This document shows positions 30,079 through 41,567 of a stretch of DNA of 64,000 nt, piece by piece. The notes beneath the pieces are model-generated. The model ran no database searches. It saw only the letters and a list, made by a program, of their open reading frames with translations, and was not told the origin of the DNA. The stretch is from Limisphaerales bacterium (lineage in GTDB: Bacteria > Verrucomicrobiota > Verrucomicrobiia > Limisphaerales > SIBE01). The first letter of the stretch is position 1. Every line of letters starts with the position of its first letter. Where the stretch lies: NCBI GenBank assembly GCA_044225505.1, contig JBGAIN010000013.1, forward strand, positions 1 through 64,000, given 5' to 3'. The position numbers were made by a program, and so were the translations under genes.

Positions 30079-30369
30079 AAAACGACTGGCTGCGGAGCGC
30101 GGCCAAGGTGTGCCCCGTCGGTGCCGTTCCTACGGCAGGATGGGCGCGAATCCACTTGGTCGGCTAAGATTAGACGGTGTGATTAACGACCTTGAATAGG
30201 TAAGACTCCATGCTAGTCCGGAAGGTTACAGAGAAAAAGAGGGGAGAGAACGGCGTTTATGACGGGGACCGACCGGCTCATGAACCGAACCGCATCGGGC
30301 GCTCGTCAGAGATCGGTTGAATGTGCTCGGATCGATCGCCCTGGGTGCGCTCATTGCGTCAACCAGCCA

Positions 30370-30427
30370 CACTGGAGGATCACTGGAGGATCACTGGAGG
30401 ATCACTGGAGGATCACTGGAGGATCAC
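30370..30427. repeat. Intergenic 11-bp tandem repeat (CACTGGAGGAT)x5 plus CAC
   Basis: Five exact contiguous copies without spacers. Confidence 0.95.
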
Positions 30428-30556
30428 GGTCTGCGGAGTCGGCGGTCTCTGTTACAGGCGGGGGCGACGACTCTGCCGGGGAATGCTTCACCGTCCCTTT
30501 CCGGTCGTGGTCAACCATCCATCGAAACCCGGTGCTAAATCGCCAGGCTAATCTCG

Positions 30557-30718
30557 CGAGGTCCCTCCTGGACTCTGAGCGACCGACATAACCCCTCGGA
30601 AACAGTGTGTAAGATTCTATGGATCTGTTACTTACGAGGATATTAGCAGTTCTTCGCTGTTTTCGGAGGATCCGCCGCCCCTCCCGGGGCTCAGACTCGT
30701 TGGTCGTTTGGGGTCTCG
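30557..30718 (+). ncRNA. Candidate structured ncRNA with 6S RNA-like rod and central bubble
   Basis: Nested stems with plus-strand G-U pairs: 30557-65/30710-18, 30574-80/30689-95, 30594-607/30655-69; apical hairpin at ~30609-35; small hairpin on the 3' side of the bubble; no convincing ORF. Confidence 0.4.
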
Positions 30719-30948
30719 GCGCTGAATCTCGGCGCTGAAGGGTCCGAGCCATTCTCGGTCATGCCTCCGGCATGTCAGCCCCGGCTTCGGCATGCGGGCG
30801 AGAAACCTCAAGAGTTCCCTTGTGCGGGATCCTGTTGCACGAAAAACAGCGAGCAACCATGTCCACAAATTGTTGACACGATGTGTGGCGGGCTGCTGGC
30901 GTGGCTAGTGGGCGGGTGGTTTTGAGAGCAAATTGCTCTTGAATCCCT

Positions 30949-32799
30949 TCACTTTCCCACCGGCACGGTCGATGCAGTTTCGAACCACGGGGGAGTACCG
31001 ATCGCACGGACCAGCTCGAAATTGCAGAGGCGCACTTCGGGTTTGCCCAAGCTGTCGAGGGCCAGCTGATTCTCGGTGTTGAACGAGAGGAGCAAATGGT
31101 CCGGTTTAAGGTTTAGATCTTCCAATCCAGCGCGGCGAAGGCGGTTCCGGACTCGGTTGAGCAGATCGACGAGATCTCCGGAAGAAATCAAATGCTCCGA
31201 GCAAGCGAGATCGGCATTGACGCTCCGGAAGTATTGGACGTCATGGACGGCCAGCAATTCGTCCGGGCCGTTCCAGAATCCCCAAATGGTCACATATTCA
31301 TGGATCGGCGAAACGGCTGGGGCTCCGTCTGGAGTCTTGAGTTCTGCTAACGCGGCATAGCGACGCGGATCCGCCACCGCTCGCACGGAGCCCGCAGAAT
31401 GGCCAGTCATGTAAATGGCACGAGGATAGATGGTGGGCACGCCGATTCGAGCCAGTTCGAGCGAGTAAGCGAATTCCTCGAACGGAGAGTTGAATCCGTG
31501 ATCGACGATCGCTTGCCGATCGTTGGTTGGGCCACCGGTCGGGACATCCCCGAGTCGCGACACGCGCCAAACTAGGTGGACGTTATCTTTCGTGCACGTT
31601 TTCACCACTTGTCCGGTGCTGGAAAGGGATTCTTTGGGGGTCCGGCGCCAGCGTTCCGGCAGGAAATAGTTAAAAAGGTCGGGATCTCGTCCGGCGACCC
31701 AAAGCAAGCCGCCGGTGCTTTCCGCGTGGCCGAAGATGTAATCGACGCCTAACACCGTGGTAGCTCTGAGGTGAGCGGGCAAGGGCTTCGTCGTGGTGGC
31801 ATCAAAGCGCCGCGCCATGTGCTGCAGGTAATGTTTGCGGTGGCTGGAGCGGAAAGCTTGTTCGTGCTCGGGCGTTCGCTCAAGCAGTTCGTAATCGATC
31901 AGGGCGTAGGCAACCTGGCCATTCTGATCGCGCAACAGGGAACCATCTGGTCGGAGGCGGACGATGATGTGAGCCGGCTTCATGTCGACCACGCGGTAGC
32001 CCTTTTGCTCGAGCTCGTGGGTGACCAGACTCGTGGCCCGGGTCAGAAGAATCTCGCGGATTTCGCCGGCCAAGCCCCAGCGGTCGGCCACTTCGGTAAT
32101 GTCGAGGCCATCGATCCAGCCGTAGAGAACGACATATTGCCGAAGGATATCTAATTCCACGCCCGGATGCCGCGCCACTTTGGCTGCGATGCGGTATTCC
32201 GAACGACCGGTTTGCCAGATTTGGAGTCGTGTGGACGGGACATAAATGGCCAACGGTTTCGGGGTTTTGATATGGATCCGAGGCGGTCCGGCCGTCCCAG
32301 CGCGGAGTTCCATGAGCACGGCAAATTCTTCAAACGGGCTGTTGAACTCAGCGTTGATGAACTTATTGATTGTCAGCGTGTCGAGCGGGACGTGTTCGCC
32401 GACCCGCGACCACTTAACGACGAGGTTCAGGGCGGTGTCGTGCAGGCTTCGGGTGGGCACTTTATACACGGTGCTCGTGCCTACCAACCGTTCCCGATTG
32501 CGCTCAAACCACTCCGTAGAATACCAATTTTCGGGCAGCAAATGTTCCCAGAAAGGCTGTCCAAACTTGGTTAGGTACAGGTCTCCATCGTCGCTGGTCT
32601 TGAGATGCGCGTAGGAGACGCCCAGCAGATCGACACGGGTCGCTTCTTTGGGAAGGGGCTGGTAGCCAGCGGACCGCGGGCGGCCAATCGGATTGGCCTC
32701 CGGTGCAATCGAACGGGGCTTGGAAGGGACGATGAGTGATCCGCTGTTGGTTGCAAAGCCGCTCTGCAAAACCGCCCGCCTGACCACTTCCGGAATCAT
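30949..32799 (-). CDS. Hypothetical protein with two tandem protein-kinase-like domains (kinase plus pseudokinase)
   Basis: Internal duplication (LPENW/LPERW; FNSPFEEF twice); domain 1 has VVK, DMKPAH, IDYE; domain 2 has VWR, NLKPDH, CNFE. Confidence 0.7.
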   Translation of the reverse strand: MIPEVVRRAVLQSGFATNSGSLIVPSKPRSIAPEANPIGRPRSAGYQPLPKEATRVDLLGVSYAHLKTSDDGDLYLTKFGQPFWEHLLPENWYSTEWFERNRERLVGTSTVYKVPTRSLHDTALNLVVKWSRVGEHVPLDTLTINKFINAEFNSPFEEFAVLMELRAGTAGPPRIHIKTPKPLAIYVPSTRLQIWQTGRSEYRIAAKVARHPGVELDILRQYVVLYGWIDGLDITEVADRWGLAGEIREILLTRATSLVTHELEQKGYRVVDMKPAHIIVRLRPDGSLLRDQNGQVAYALIDYELLERTPEHEQAFRSSHRKHYLQHMARRFDATTTKPLPAHLRATTVLGVDYIFGHAESTGGLLWVAGRDPDLFNYFLPERWRRTPKESLSSTGQVVKTCTKDNVHLVWRVSRLGDVPTGGPTNDRQAIVDHGFNSPFEEFAYSLELARIGVPTIYPRAIYMTGHSAGSVRAVADPRRYAALAELKTPDGAPAVSPIHEYVTIWGFWNGPDELLAVHDVQYFRSVNADLACSEHLISSGDLVDLLNRVRNRLRRAGLEDLNLKPDHLLLSFNTENQLALDSLGKPEVRLCNFELVRAIGTPPWFETASTVPVGK

Positions 32800-33063
32800 G
32801 AGCTATTCTTTACCAGATATCGTTTGGATACAAGAAAAGCTTCTGAGGCTGGCGCGATGCACCCAGTGCCGCAGTCCGCAGAAACAGGCGGGCGGAAAGG
32901 ACAGGCGGCGGATTATTCCAGGCGCACGCCGCCAGCCGAGGCTCCCTGCGGAATGAATTCCGCGGTCCAATTGGAAAACGTATCTAACAAGGTCTTGCGT
33001 CGCCCAGATGAGCCGCTTGGGCGAAAGAAGCTGCGGAATCGCTAAAGAATGAAGAATGGGAGC

Positions 33064-33089
33064 GCGGCTGGATCCGAAGGATCAGCCGC
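33064..33089 (-). terminator. GC-rich hairpin immediately after the subtilase stop; terminator or mRNA-stabilising stem
   Basis: GCGGCTG...CAGCCGC stem with inner ATCC/GGAT; only a diffuse pyrimidine tail follows. Confidence 0.45.
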
Positions 33090-33095
33090 AGTCCT

Positions 33096-36000
33096 TTACG
33101 GTGTAATGATGCGATAAAACCGAATCGTTCCGTTTGTCGTCGCGGTGCTATCGGTGAAGACCGCCACACTGGCCGAGGCCGTGATGTTGGTCAGGGTCGT
33201 CCACTGGACGACCGGGAGTAGATTGGTCGTGAACTGCACCTGGTAAGAGCTTCCGGGCTCAGTATCCCAGACGAATTGGAGCCGGCGATTGGACAGAACG
33301 AATGGGCTGCTCAACGTGACCCCATTGGTGGACGGAGGTGTATTGGTCGTGCTTGCACCCGAGTCGGACGCTACCTGGAAGAAGTGATAGGGCGTCGCCA
33401 CGGGCAAACACTGCGTTGTGATCGCGGCAGTTGCGGTGACGGTTGCCAGGTTGGTCCAGCCAGCGTCGGTGATCCCAAGCTTCCCTTGCAAACGATACGT
33501 CGTTCCGGGTTGAGAACTCCAGGAGAGACAGAGCCCGTTGGTGCCGAACGTCAATCCGGGATCGATCAAAGCTCCGTTGTTGGTCGAAGGTGGGTTCGTC
33601 GAAGTGCCACTGCCAATTTCGACTCCACGGAAGACGGTAAAGGCGATCGGCAAGTTCGTGCAGAAATTGAGTGCTGCGCCCGTGGCTGTGACTGGGCCGT
33701 AGAGCGTGGTCCAGTTTGTGGCTCGGAGATCGGCTTTGGCTTCCAAGCGGTATTGCCGCCCGGAAGTGGTGCTCCAACTGAAACAAATGTTCGTCGCGGA
33801 GGCGTCGATCTCAGGATCAAAGAACCGGTTGGTGCTCGTGTTTGGAACCGAGTTGGTCTGAGGGAACGATGCCCGCACCGTGAACTGCAGATTGGTCGCG
33901 GAGTTGTTCACGACCGCGAGCACCCAGTTACCGCCCAGATCCGTCAACAAGGGGCTGGGGTGCACCTGCACCGTGACCGGGGATGCGGCCGAGGCTGGGT
34001 TGCTGATCAGGTAGGAGGTTGGGCTGGGCAAGTTGTTTAGCCCGATCAAGAAATCGGCGTCTCCCGTCAGATTGAACAGTTCCAGTTTCACTTCGGAGGT
34101 CGGTTCCGGAACTTTCAAGATGAAGAAGTTGGTCAAGCCCGCGCCGCTCTGCAAAGCGAAATCGAATGGAACGTCGTTGGTCAGGACAACGATATGATAG
34201 CCCGTGTCGATTACTTCCGTCGCTTGGATCTGATACGAGACCGGGTTGGTCGACTTGTTAAAGACGGCCAAGTACCAGTTTCCTGGGAAGAGACCGACTG
34301 GGCTGGAGCTATTGGTCAGCACGATCGATTCATTCGTGAGGCCTGGTCGGTCGCTCAGGTAATCGAAAGAGTTTGTTCCAGGCAACGGCAAGCCCGAGCG
34401 GAGGACCAGTCCGACATCCCCGTTATTTGGGGTGACGGAGAAGTCGACGCGGGAAGCTGTCGGCGACACGGTGAAGACGTAATAGTCAAGTTCGTGCCGG
34501 GCGACAGTGTATTTGGGAAGCTGACGGCGTCTTCCAGCGCGATGATTTCGATGACGGCCGGCGGCGGTGGATTGGTCGTGCCTCCGCCCGTCCCTTCGAT
34601 GACTTGGAAGAACTGATAAGGAGTCGGCCGAGTGATGCAGTAGGTCGTAATGGTGTTCGTCGCCGTAAGAACAGGACTGAGACTTGCCCACGTGCTCTCG
34701 GTCACCGTCTGTTTGCCTTGCACCTGGTAAGTGACGCCGACCGTGGACGGCCACGATAGACAGATGCTGTTGGTGCTGACCGCCACCGAAGGATCGATAA
34801 TGTCGCCCGTGGGCGGCGGATTGGTGGTTCCTCCGCCCGTCCCTTCGATGACCTGGAAGAATTGGTAGGGAGTCGGCCGAGTGAGGCAATAGGTCGAAAC
34901 GGTATTCGTCGCCGTAAGAACAGGACTGAGATTTGTCCAGGTGAGGTCGGTCACCGTCTGTTTGCCTTGCACCTGGTAAGTGACGCCGACCGTGGACGGC
35001 CAGGACAAACAAATGCTGTTGGTACTGACGGTCACGGATGGATCGATAACGTTGCCCGTCGGCGGTGGGTTGGTGCCTGTGCCCAGCTCGACGCCACGGA
35101 AGAAATTAAACGGTGGCGGCAACGGCAGACAGAAGCTCATGAGCGTATTGGTGGCGGTGACCGGTCCGAAGAAAATCGACCAACTCGTGTCGGACAAGTT
35201 CGTTTTACCCTCCAACTGGTACTGCAAGCCCAAGGTTGCCGGCCACGAGAAACAGATGTTCGTGGTGGAAACGGAGATGTCCGGGTCAAAGACGCGGTTC
35301 GTCGTCGGCACCGTATTGGTCAGAGATAGAATCGTCGCCTTGATGTCGAACTGCAGGTTGACCGGATCTTTCGGCACGACAGAGAGCACCCAATTCCCGC
35401 GCAGGTTGGTGAGGGCGGCATTGGTCAACACGTCGAAAGTGATCGGTTGGCTTGGGGAAGCGCTGTTACTGCTGAAATAGTTGGTCGGACTGGGCAAGGT
35501 ATTGTAACCGATGAAAAGATCGGCATTGCCGTTCAGGTTGGTCAGTTCGAAACGAATTCCTGGCACGGGATCGAGCACCTCAAACAGGAAATAGTTCGTC
35601 AGCTTTTCACCCTGTAACAGAGTGAAATTGCGAGAAATTCCATTCGTGAGGGGAATGAGGTTGATATTGGTGTCGATGATCTGGCTGGCGCGGACGTCGT
35701 AAGTGACCAGGTTGGTCGAGTTGTTGTAGACGCCGAGATACCAATCGCCCGAGAGCAATGAAACGGGGCTGGATCCGTTAGTCAGGACGATCAGCTCGTT
35801 CGTGATGCCTACTTGGTCGCTCTTGTAGGCGAACGTGCTCAAATCGGGCAGGGGTCGGCCATAGCTGAGAACCAAGCCAACGTCTCCGTTGACGGGGCGC
35901 ACTTCAAACTCGGCTTCGATGGCCGCTGGCGAAACGTTGAAGACGTAGTAATCGAAGAGTGCTGCTGAGGGTGCCACGATGTTCGTATAGGGAACATCAT

Positions 36001-39000
36001 TGGTGAGTCGAATGACCGGCCGCTCGCCGTGGCATGTGTCGTTGTCGAACGAGATCCGGAAGTCGTAGGTATTCGTCTCGCCCAGATTCAGGTTGTGCAC
36101 GGCAAAGAACAGCGGAGTGCCCGGAATCAGCGGCGCGGGATGATGCGGGTTGGACGAGAGTTGGATGGTCGCGACGCCCTGGTCTGGGCTACCGTCTAAA
36201 GGAGTGTCATTGATCAGCGGCACATAATCGTCGGTATCGGGGTTACCCGTCGGGAAACCATTGCGGTCGATCAAGAGGTTGAGCTTGCCGATCGGTCCTA
36301 TCAATGTCGCGAAAGCGACCGTCGTCAGTTCGCAGGTGTCGACCACGAAGAAATTGGTCTGGGTGCCCACGATGCTGTTGGTGGAGGCAAACCCGTTGGT
36401 CAACGTGATTCCGCGCCCGGGCGGGTTACCATACTCGATTTGCAGCTCCCAATTGATCAGCGAGCCTCGGCTGCCCGTGGGACCGCGGCGGGTGTCACTC
36501 ACTTCGAGGGTCCAATCGCCTAACGCCCGTTCTCCCTGGAAGATGTCTAACGATTCCTCGGGGAGCACATAGACATTGGTGCCGACCACCACGTCGCCAA
36601 CCGTGACAGTGTCGAGCAGCGGCCCGCCCGACGTCAGTGATCCCAAGCGCAGGTCGGTCAACGGTTTGCTTGCGGTGAAGATAATGTTGGTCGATTGCCA
36701 GCCAAAGTCAGGAACCTCGATGAACTTTACCGTCCCATAGTCGACAAACAACGATTGCACGCGCTGCACAGCGCTAGGATTCCGTTGGTAATAGAAACTC
36801 AGGGCATAATCCTTGCCTGGCACAGTGGCGAAACTGGTGGAGATACTGGCCGCGGTGCCAACGGTGTTCTCCAGTTCGACGAAGTTCGTCCCGGTATGCG
36901 CGGCCACGCCTAAGGTGTCGCCCGACGAGTGGAGTTGCACCTGGCCTTGCGTGACGGTCCAACCCGCGAAGGTTTCGTTGGTCAGGTAGGTCCCCGGGTC
37001 CGCTCCCTCAAAGCTATTCGTGAACGCCGCGAGATTGGTCGAGAGATTCAGGTTCGTCCAGGGCGGCAGCGCGAACTTGATCGGGTTCAAATTGGCGATC
37101 AGATTCGTATCCTCAGTGAAGATCGTGTAGCTGATATTTGTTCCAAATCCGGAACCATAGCCGGAGGAATCGATCCCGCCGCGGTTCTCCGCGAGCAGCA
37201 AGCGAGTGCCCTGCGGGCTGACAAGATGCAGCACCAAGTCGGAAGACCGCGGGTGATCGATGCGAACTTTGACCTGCACGTCAGCGACCTGCTTGTCAAC
37301 GGGTATGTGCAAGGAAGAAGCAATCGTCCCGTCGTCGAGGAGCGGCACGACATTCGTCGATACCAGGTTGCGCCGGAAATCCAAACCCACGCCCAACTGG
37401 AACTCCGTCCCGATGTGAAAGTTAACCGTGGTGAGATTGGGGTTGTGGAGACAAACGAAATAGCGGCCAACACCCAGAGGAACAGGCTCGTCCTGGGCAC
37501 CATACATGAGGGTGCCGCCGGGAGGGTTGATTAACATCGATTTGTCAAAGCTCTCGGGAGTTGGCAACCCTCCGTGCGAGATGAACAGTTCGAGCGGTCC
37601 GGAGACTTGCGAAACGTTGACGATGAGGTTCGTGGCTTCGGGCGGCACATCGACGTAGTAGCACGTCGTGCCTTCCGGTCCCACCGTGCCATCAATCCCA
37701 GCACTGCCCGCGGCGCCCAGATCCGCATTCTGGAACGGTTCGATGCGCAGTGTGACGCTTTCCGCGCGTCCCGTATGGCTGGGCGCATTGTCGATGAAGT
37801 TCATAATCCAAACGCCGGTGCCGGAAGCCCCGGCGAAATCATTCAAACTGCCTGGCCCGTCCGAGCGGCGCGTGCCAAAGCCCTGGCTGAATCCTTGGTC
37901 GTCATAAACGAAGAAGGCGTTGGTAACGCTGGGGAAACCATTGTTGAGGGTGTGGTTATGCAACACGACTGAGTCTCTTTCGTGATCGAGGATCACGCTC
38001 AAATCCCCCACATCTTCGTGGCTGAGCACGTTGGTCACAGTCACGCGCTGGACGGTGATTGGCGAAATTCCGATGGCAATGACGGTCGCGCGCCCAGGAT
38101 TGTTGGCTGTGCCGTCTGGGATAGTTTGGGGAACGGGCATGCCATGCAAAATGCGGGCGCCATTCTGGTTTTCTTCAAACGGCTGATCACTGGAAAGCGC
38201 AATGAGCCCATACTCAGCGCCTTGCTGGTCTTCTGATTTGACACCGATGTAGTAGACATCGCCGATCGCGGCGTTCGTAAAAACCACGTATTCGGTGCCG
38301 CCGCGGGTGACCGAACTCCAAGCGCTGTCCACGACTGCGGGGACGAGGTCGACCAGGCGCGGATCTTTGGAAACGTAAAGGTCAATATCCGAGGAAAGCG
38401 TTCGAGGTTGACCGACATTGGGCGGAAGGAATGTCACGAAGGCGACATTAGTGCCGTTCGTTAGAGATGAGACTTCATTGGTGATGAAGATGTTCGTGAA
38501 GACATAGAAGTGCCACTGGTTCGTGAAGCCCGCGCGAGTGGAGCCCAGCGAACTGTTGGCGCCGACCCGTTCATTCAGCAGCGGCACTCCGTTCGTCATT
38601 GGGATGGCCGTGGCTTTAAATTCGGGTGGCGGAGCGATCGCGGTGACCGTTAATGCGTTGGTCACGGTGGTATCGCCCGTGGAAATGACCAGCGCGTAGT
38701 CCTGGACAATGTCGTTAATCCGGCCGGTGACCTGGTTGTAATTAGGGACGGCATTGACGTTCACACGCTTCGCGGTGACCGTGACTACGAAATTGCTGCT
38801 CGCTGGTTCGCGAATAAACACGTTCTCGACGTTGTTAATCACGTCCGGCAGGACAGTCTCGTCCACCGAGGCAGCCTGGGTAAAATCGCTCCCTTCCCGA
38901 ATGTCGTTTCCGTAAAACACTTCGCCGGAGACGGTGTTGGATACGACGAGATCGAGGTCATTGACCAGCTTGATGGCGGCGTTCGGATTCCCAGGCGGGT

Positions 39001-41266
39001 CGGTCCAAACCAACGTGACGCGCAACGGCACTTCTTGTGCGTTGGTCGCGAGGGCGACGCTCCAGGATTTCGATTGACCCGTGGCCAGCCCATTGGTCGT
39101 GACTTGATCGAAGAACCGGACTGGCCATCGGGCTTCTGGCTGAGTCGACAGCGAGGACGGTAAGGTATTGGTCAGGTTGACTAGTCCCCAGCCTTGGTAA
39201 TTGGCGGAGTTTTGGACTTGAAAATCATAAATCGAACCGAGCGAACGCGCGCCATTGATGAGGAGCGCCTTCAATAACGCTGGGCTGTTCGTGCGACGGA
39301 GGTTATTCGGCAGGCGCTGTTCGAAGAACTCTTGCATCAGGGCGAGCATGCCCGAAACGACTGGCGCGGCCTGGCTTGTGCCCGTCTCATACCGATACGT
39401 TGGACCGAGCGGCTCGTTCAAATCTTTGAGAATCTCATACTGATCCGAAGCCGGATCGACTTCGTTGTCCAGGTTCCAGTCTTTCGACCGCGTCGAAACC
39501 GTGAATACTCCCGGCGCGACCAGGTCCGGTTTGAATCGTCCGAATTCGCCTTCCGTACCGATGCCCACATTGCCACGGCTCGAAAAGGCCGCGACCTGGT
39601 CAACGCTGTCGGTCAACGGGAAGAACGGCGCGTTGGTCGAGATGGATCCATCCGTGTTCGTCGTAAAGACCGCATTCGTGATGTTTCGCAGATGCTCCGC
39701 CGCGCCCACCGTAATGACGTTCTTTCCGTTCGCCGGCGACGAAATGCTATTCGCTTCGCCGCCTTCGCCTGCGTCATTGCCTTCGCCGGAATTACCGGCG
39801 GCGAAAACAAAAACCATCGGTTGCGAGCCGCTGCCATCGGTAATGGCATCGCGCACCGCGGCGTCGAACTGCGCTGATGAAGAGTCGTACTCCGTGGCGC
39901 CGACGTAAGACCAACTGTTGTTCGAGACCATGGGGCCCGACCGACGCCGGGAGTAGGTCAGGTTCGTCCGTGCAGCCGTCTCGACGAGGTAACTGTCATT
40001 CAGGAATGGATGCACCTCCGGCAGATACATGCCGACCTCAGGCAACGCGCGAAATGGCAGGGAAAAGAGGCTGGCTTTCGGGGCGATTCCGCGAAAGTTA
40101 GCATTCGTTTCTGATCCTGGTGGAGCAGAGGCAACCGAGCTGGAGCGGGCTCCGCTGCCGGCAATGATTCCAGCCACATGGGTCCCATGCGCGACCAAAT
40201 CCGTCAGCCCTTCTGGTCGATCCGCGAAAATGCGCCCGGCCAGATCCGGGTTGGTGGCGTCGACTCCGCTGTCGTTAATGTTAATGAGGACGTTGGTCCC
40301 GGTCAGGTTGAGATAGTTGGTTGGACTGGACCCGGAAGGGGACAGCCCGATGACCACGCGGGTCAGGTCGGTCAGTAATTCCCGGTGGTGATAACGCTCG
40401 ATGATCTGGGCGGAGGCGACCTGCGCAATGGCTGGAAGACTGTCTGGCGTCGGTTTAACCAATAGTTGTCGACCGAACGGCGTCGGCCCTTCACCGACGA
40501 TTTCACCGCCGAGATTAGCGATCGCGGCGTTCAGGGCTTCCGCTTCGCCTGGAAACGCGGTCACCCGCAGCCAATCGTCTGGACTGAGCGGTTCCTTCTT
40601 AACGGCCAGGGGCAAGAGAGCGGAATCCAACTTGTAGTAAGGCTCAAACGGCAGCACCGCTTGGATCTCCGGTGCGGTCCCCAGACGCTGGGCGCTTTCG
40701 GATGTGAGGCGCACGAGGTAAGCGTTGTGCGGCACATAGGAAATGATATTCGCGCCTGCGGTTTGGAGGCGTTCTCGGAATGAATTCTCGATCGGCCCGC
40801 GCGCTTGCACAATATAACTCCCGGGGTCGCCGCTGCTGCGAAGGTGCTCCGGAATCGAAAGGCTCGCTTTCTCGCTCGTGTCGATGAAAGCAATATTCAT
40901 GAGCAGCGCTGTGGCTGTATGCGTCAGTTCTCGAATCGATTTCTTGCTGTTGCTTAAGCGGAACGGAAACCGATTGGTTGGGACGGTTGAGTCTGCCGCA
41001 GCGCTGGCGGGGCTGGCTGACGCGGGGCTCGATCCGGGAGCCTGCAGCGACGGAATCGAATTCGTATCGAGACGACTCAGGAGCTGAAAGGGACCAGGAC
41101 TGCCCGCGTTGCGGGCGCTCGGGGAATTCGTGGCCTCTTTTTCGCGGCCAGGTATGACGATTTTGCTCTTGCGGCTCTCGTAATCATTGCCGCGCTTCCA
41201 GAAATAGATGGCGCCGGCAAACAAGAGCAGGCTTAGCAAAAACCAGGTTCGACTTTCAAAACGCAT
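33096..41266 (-). CDS. Giant S8 subtilase (KP-43-like) with P-domains, PPC-like domains and six C-terminal beta-domains; 1-nt frameshift at ~34489; ~2723 aa if repaired
   Basis: Catalytic triad NDSGVD / HGTHVAG / GTSQAAP; KP-43 motifs (KPDLVAPG, ALLKALLINGA, VTLVWTDP, NDLDL); P-domain motifs (DLVLHLVSPQG, GDWTLEVSD); one extra base turns PGTN-LTIT into PGTN-FDYYVF and joins the downstream frame. Confidence 0.85.
34562..35060. repeat. Intragenic direct repeat with 249-nt period (83 aa)
   Basis: GTCCCTTCGATGAC at 34590 and 34839; near-identical ICLSWPSTVGVTYQVQGKQTVT...RPTPYQFFQVIEGTGGG units. Confidence 0.85.
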
Positions 41267-41567
41267 AGGTCAACACAGATCCCCAAAGCGACTTGGCCGC
41301 AGAGATACGGACGGGACCATAACATCGGGCTTCTCGCGAGGCGAGATTCTCTCGGCCCGACTGCCAGATCCGGGTGCGGCTGGCCATGACTACAACTTCG
41401 GATGAGTCCAGCCTCTCCATCCGACTCTTATTCTGCCTCGGGCGACTCCAGCCCGATCCCTGACGCGAGCTCCCCAAAGCCGATGCACGATGTTCAGAAA
41501 TGGCGCTGGCACTCTTAACCCCGGTCAGAGTTGCTTTTCCCCGCGTGACCAGCCAGCTCATGATCCG

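Noticed and set aside
30370..30427. Possible CRISPR array
   Set aside because: The unit is only 11 bp, the copies are contiguous without spacers, and there are no cas genes
34490..35012. N-terminal part of listed ORF 33096..35012 as a separate gene
   Set aside because: It is an off-frame read of the subtilase repeats (His/Arg-rich nonsense); only the part after ~34489 is protein-like
34562..35060. Diversity-generating retroelement template/variable repeat pair
   Set aside because: Both copies are in-frame coding domains, the differences are not confined to adenines, and there is no reverse transcriptase in the window
41256..41561. 101-aa ORF bridging the giant pilin and the subtilase
   Set aside because: It fits the gap neatly, but is Ser/Arg-rich with no motif and can arise by chance in GC-rich DNA; not supportable as a gene without conservation data
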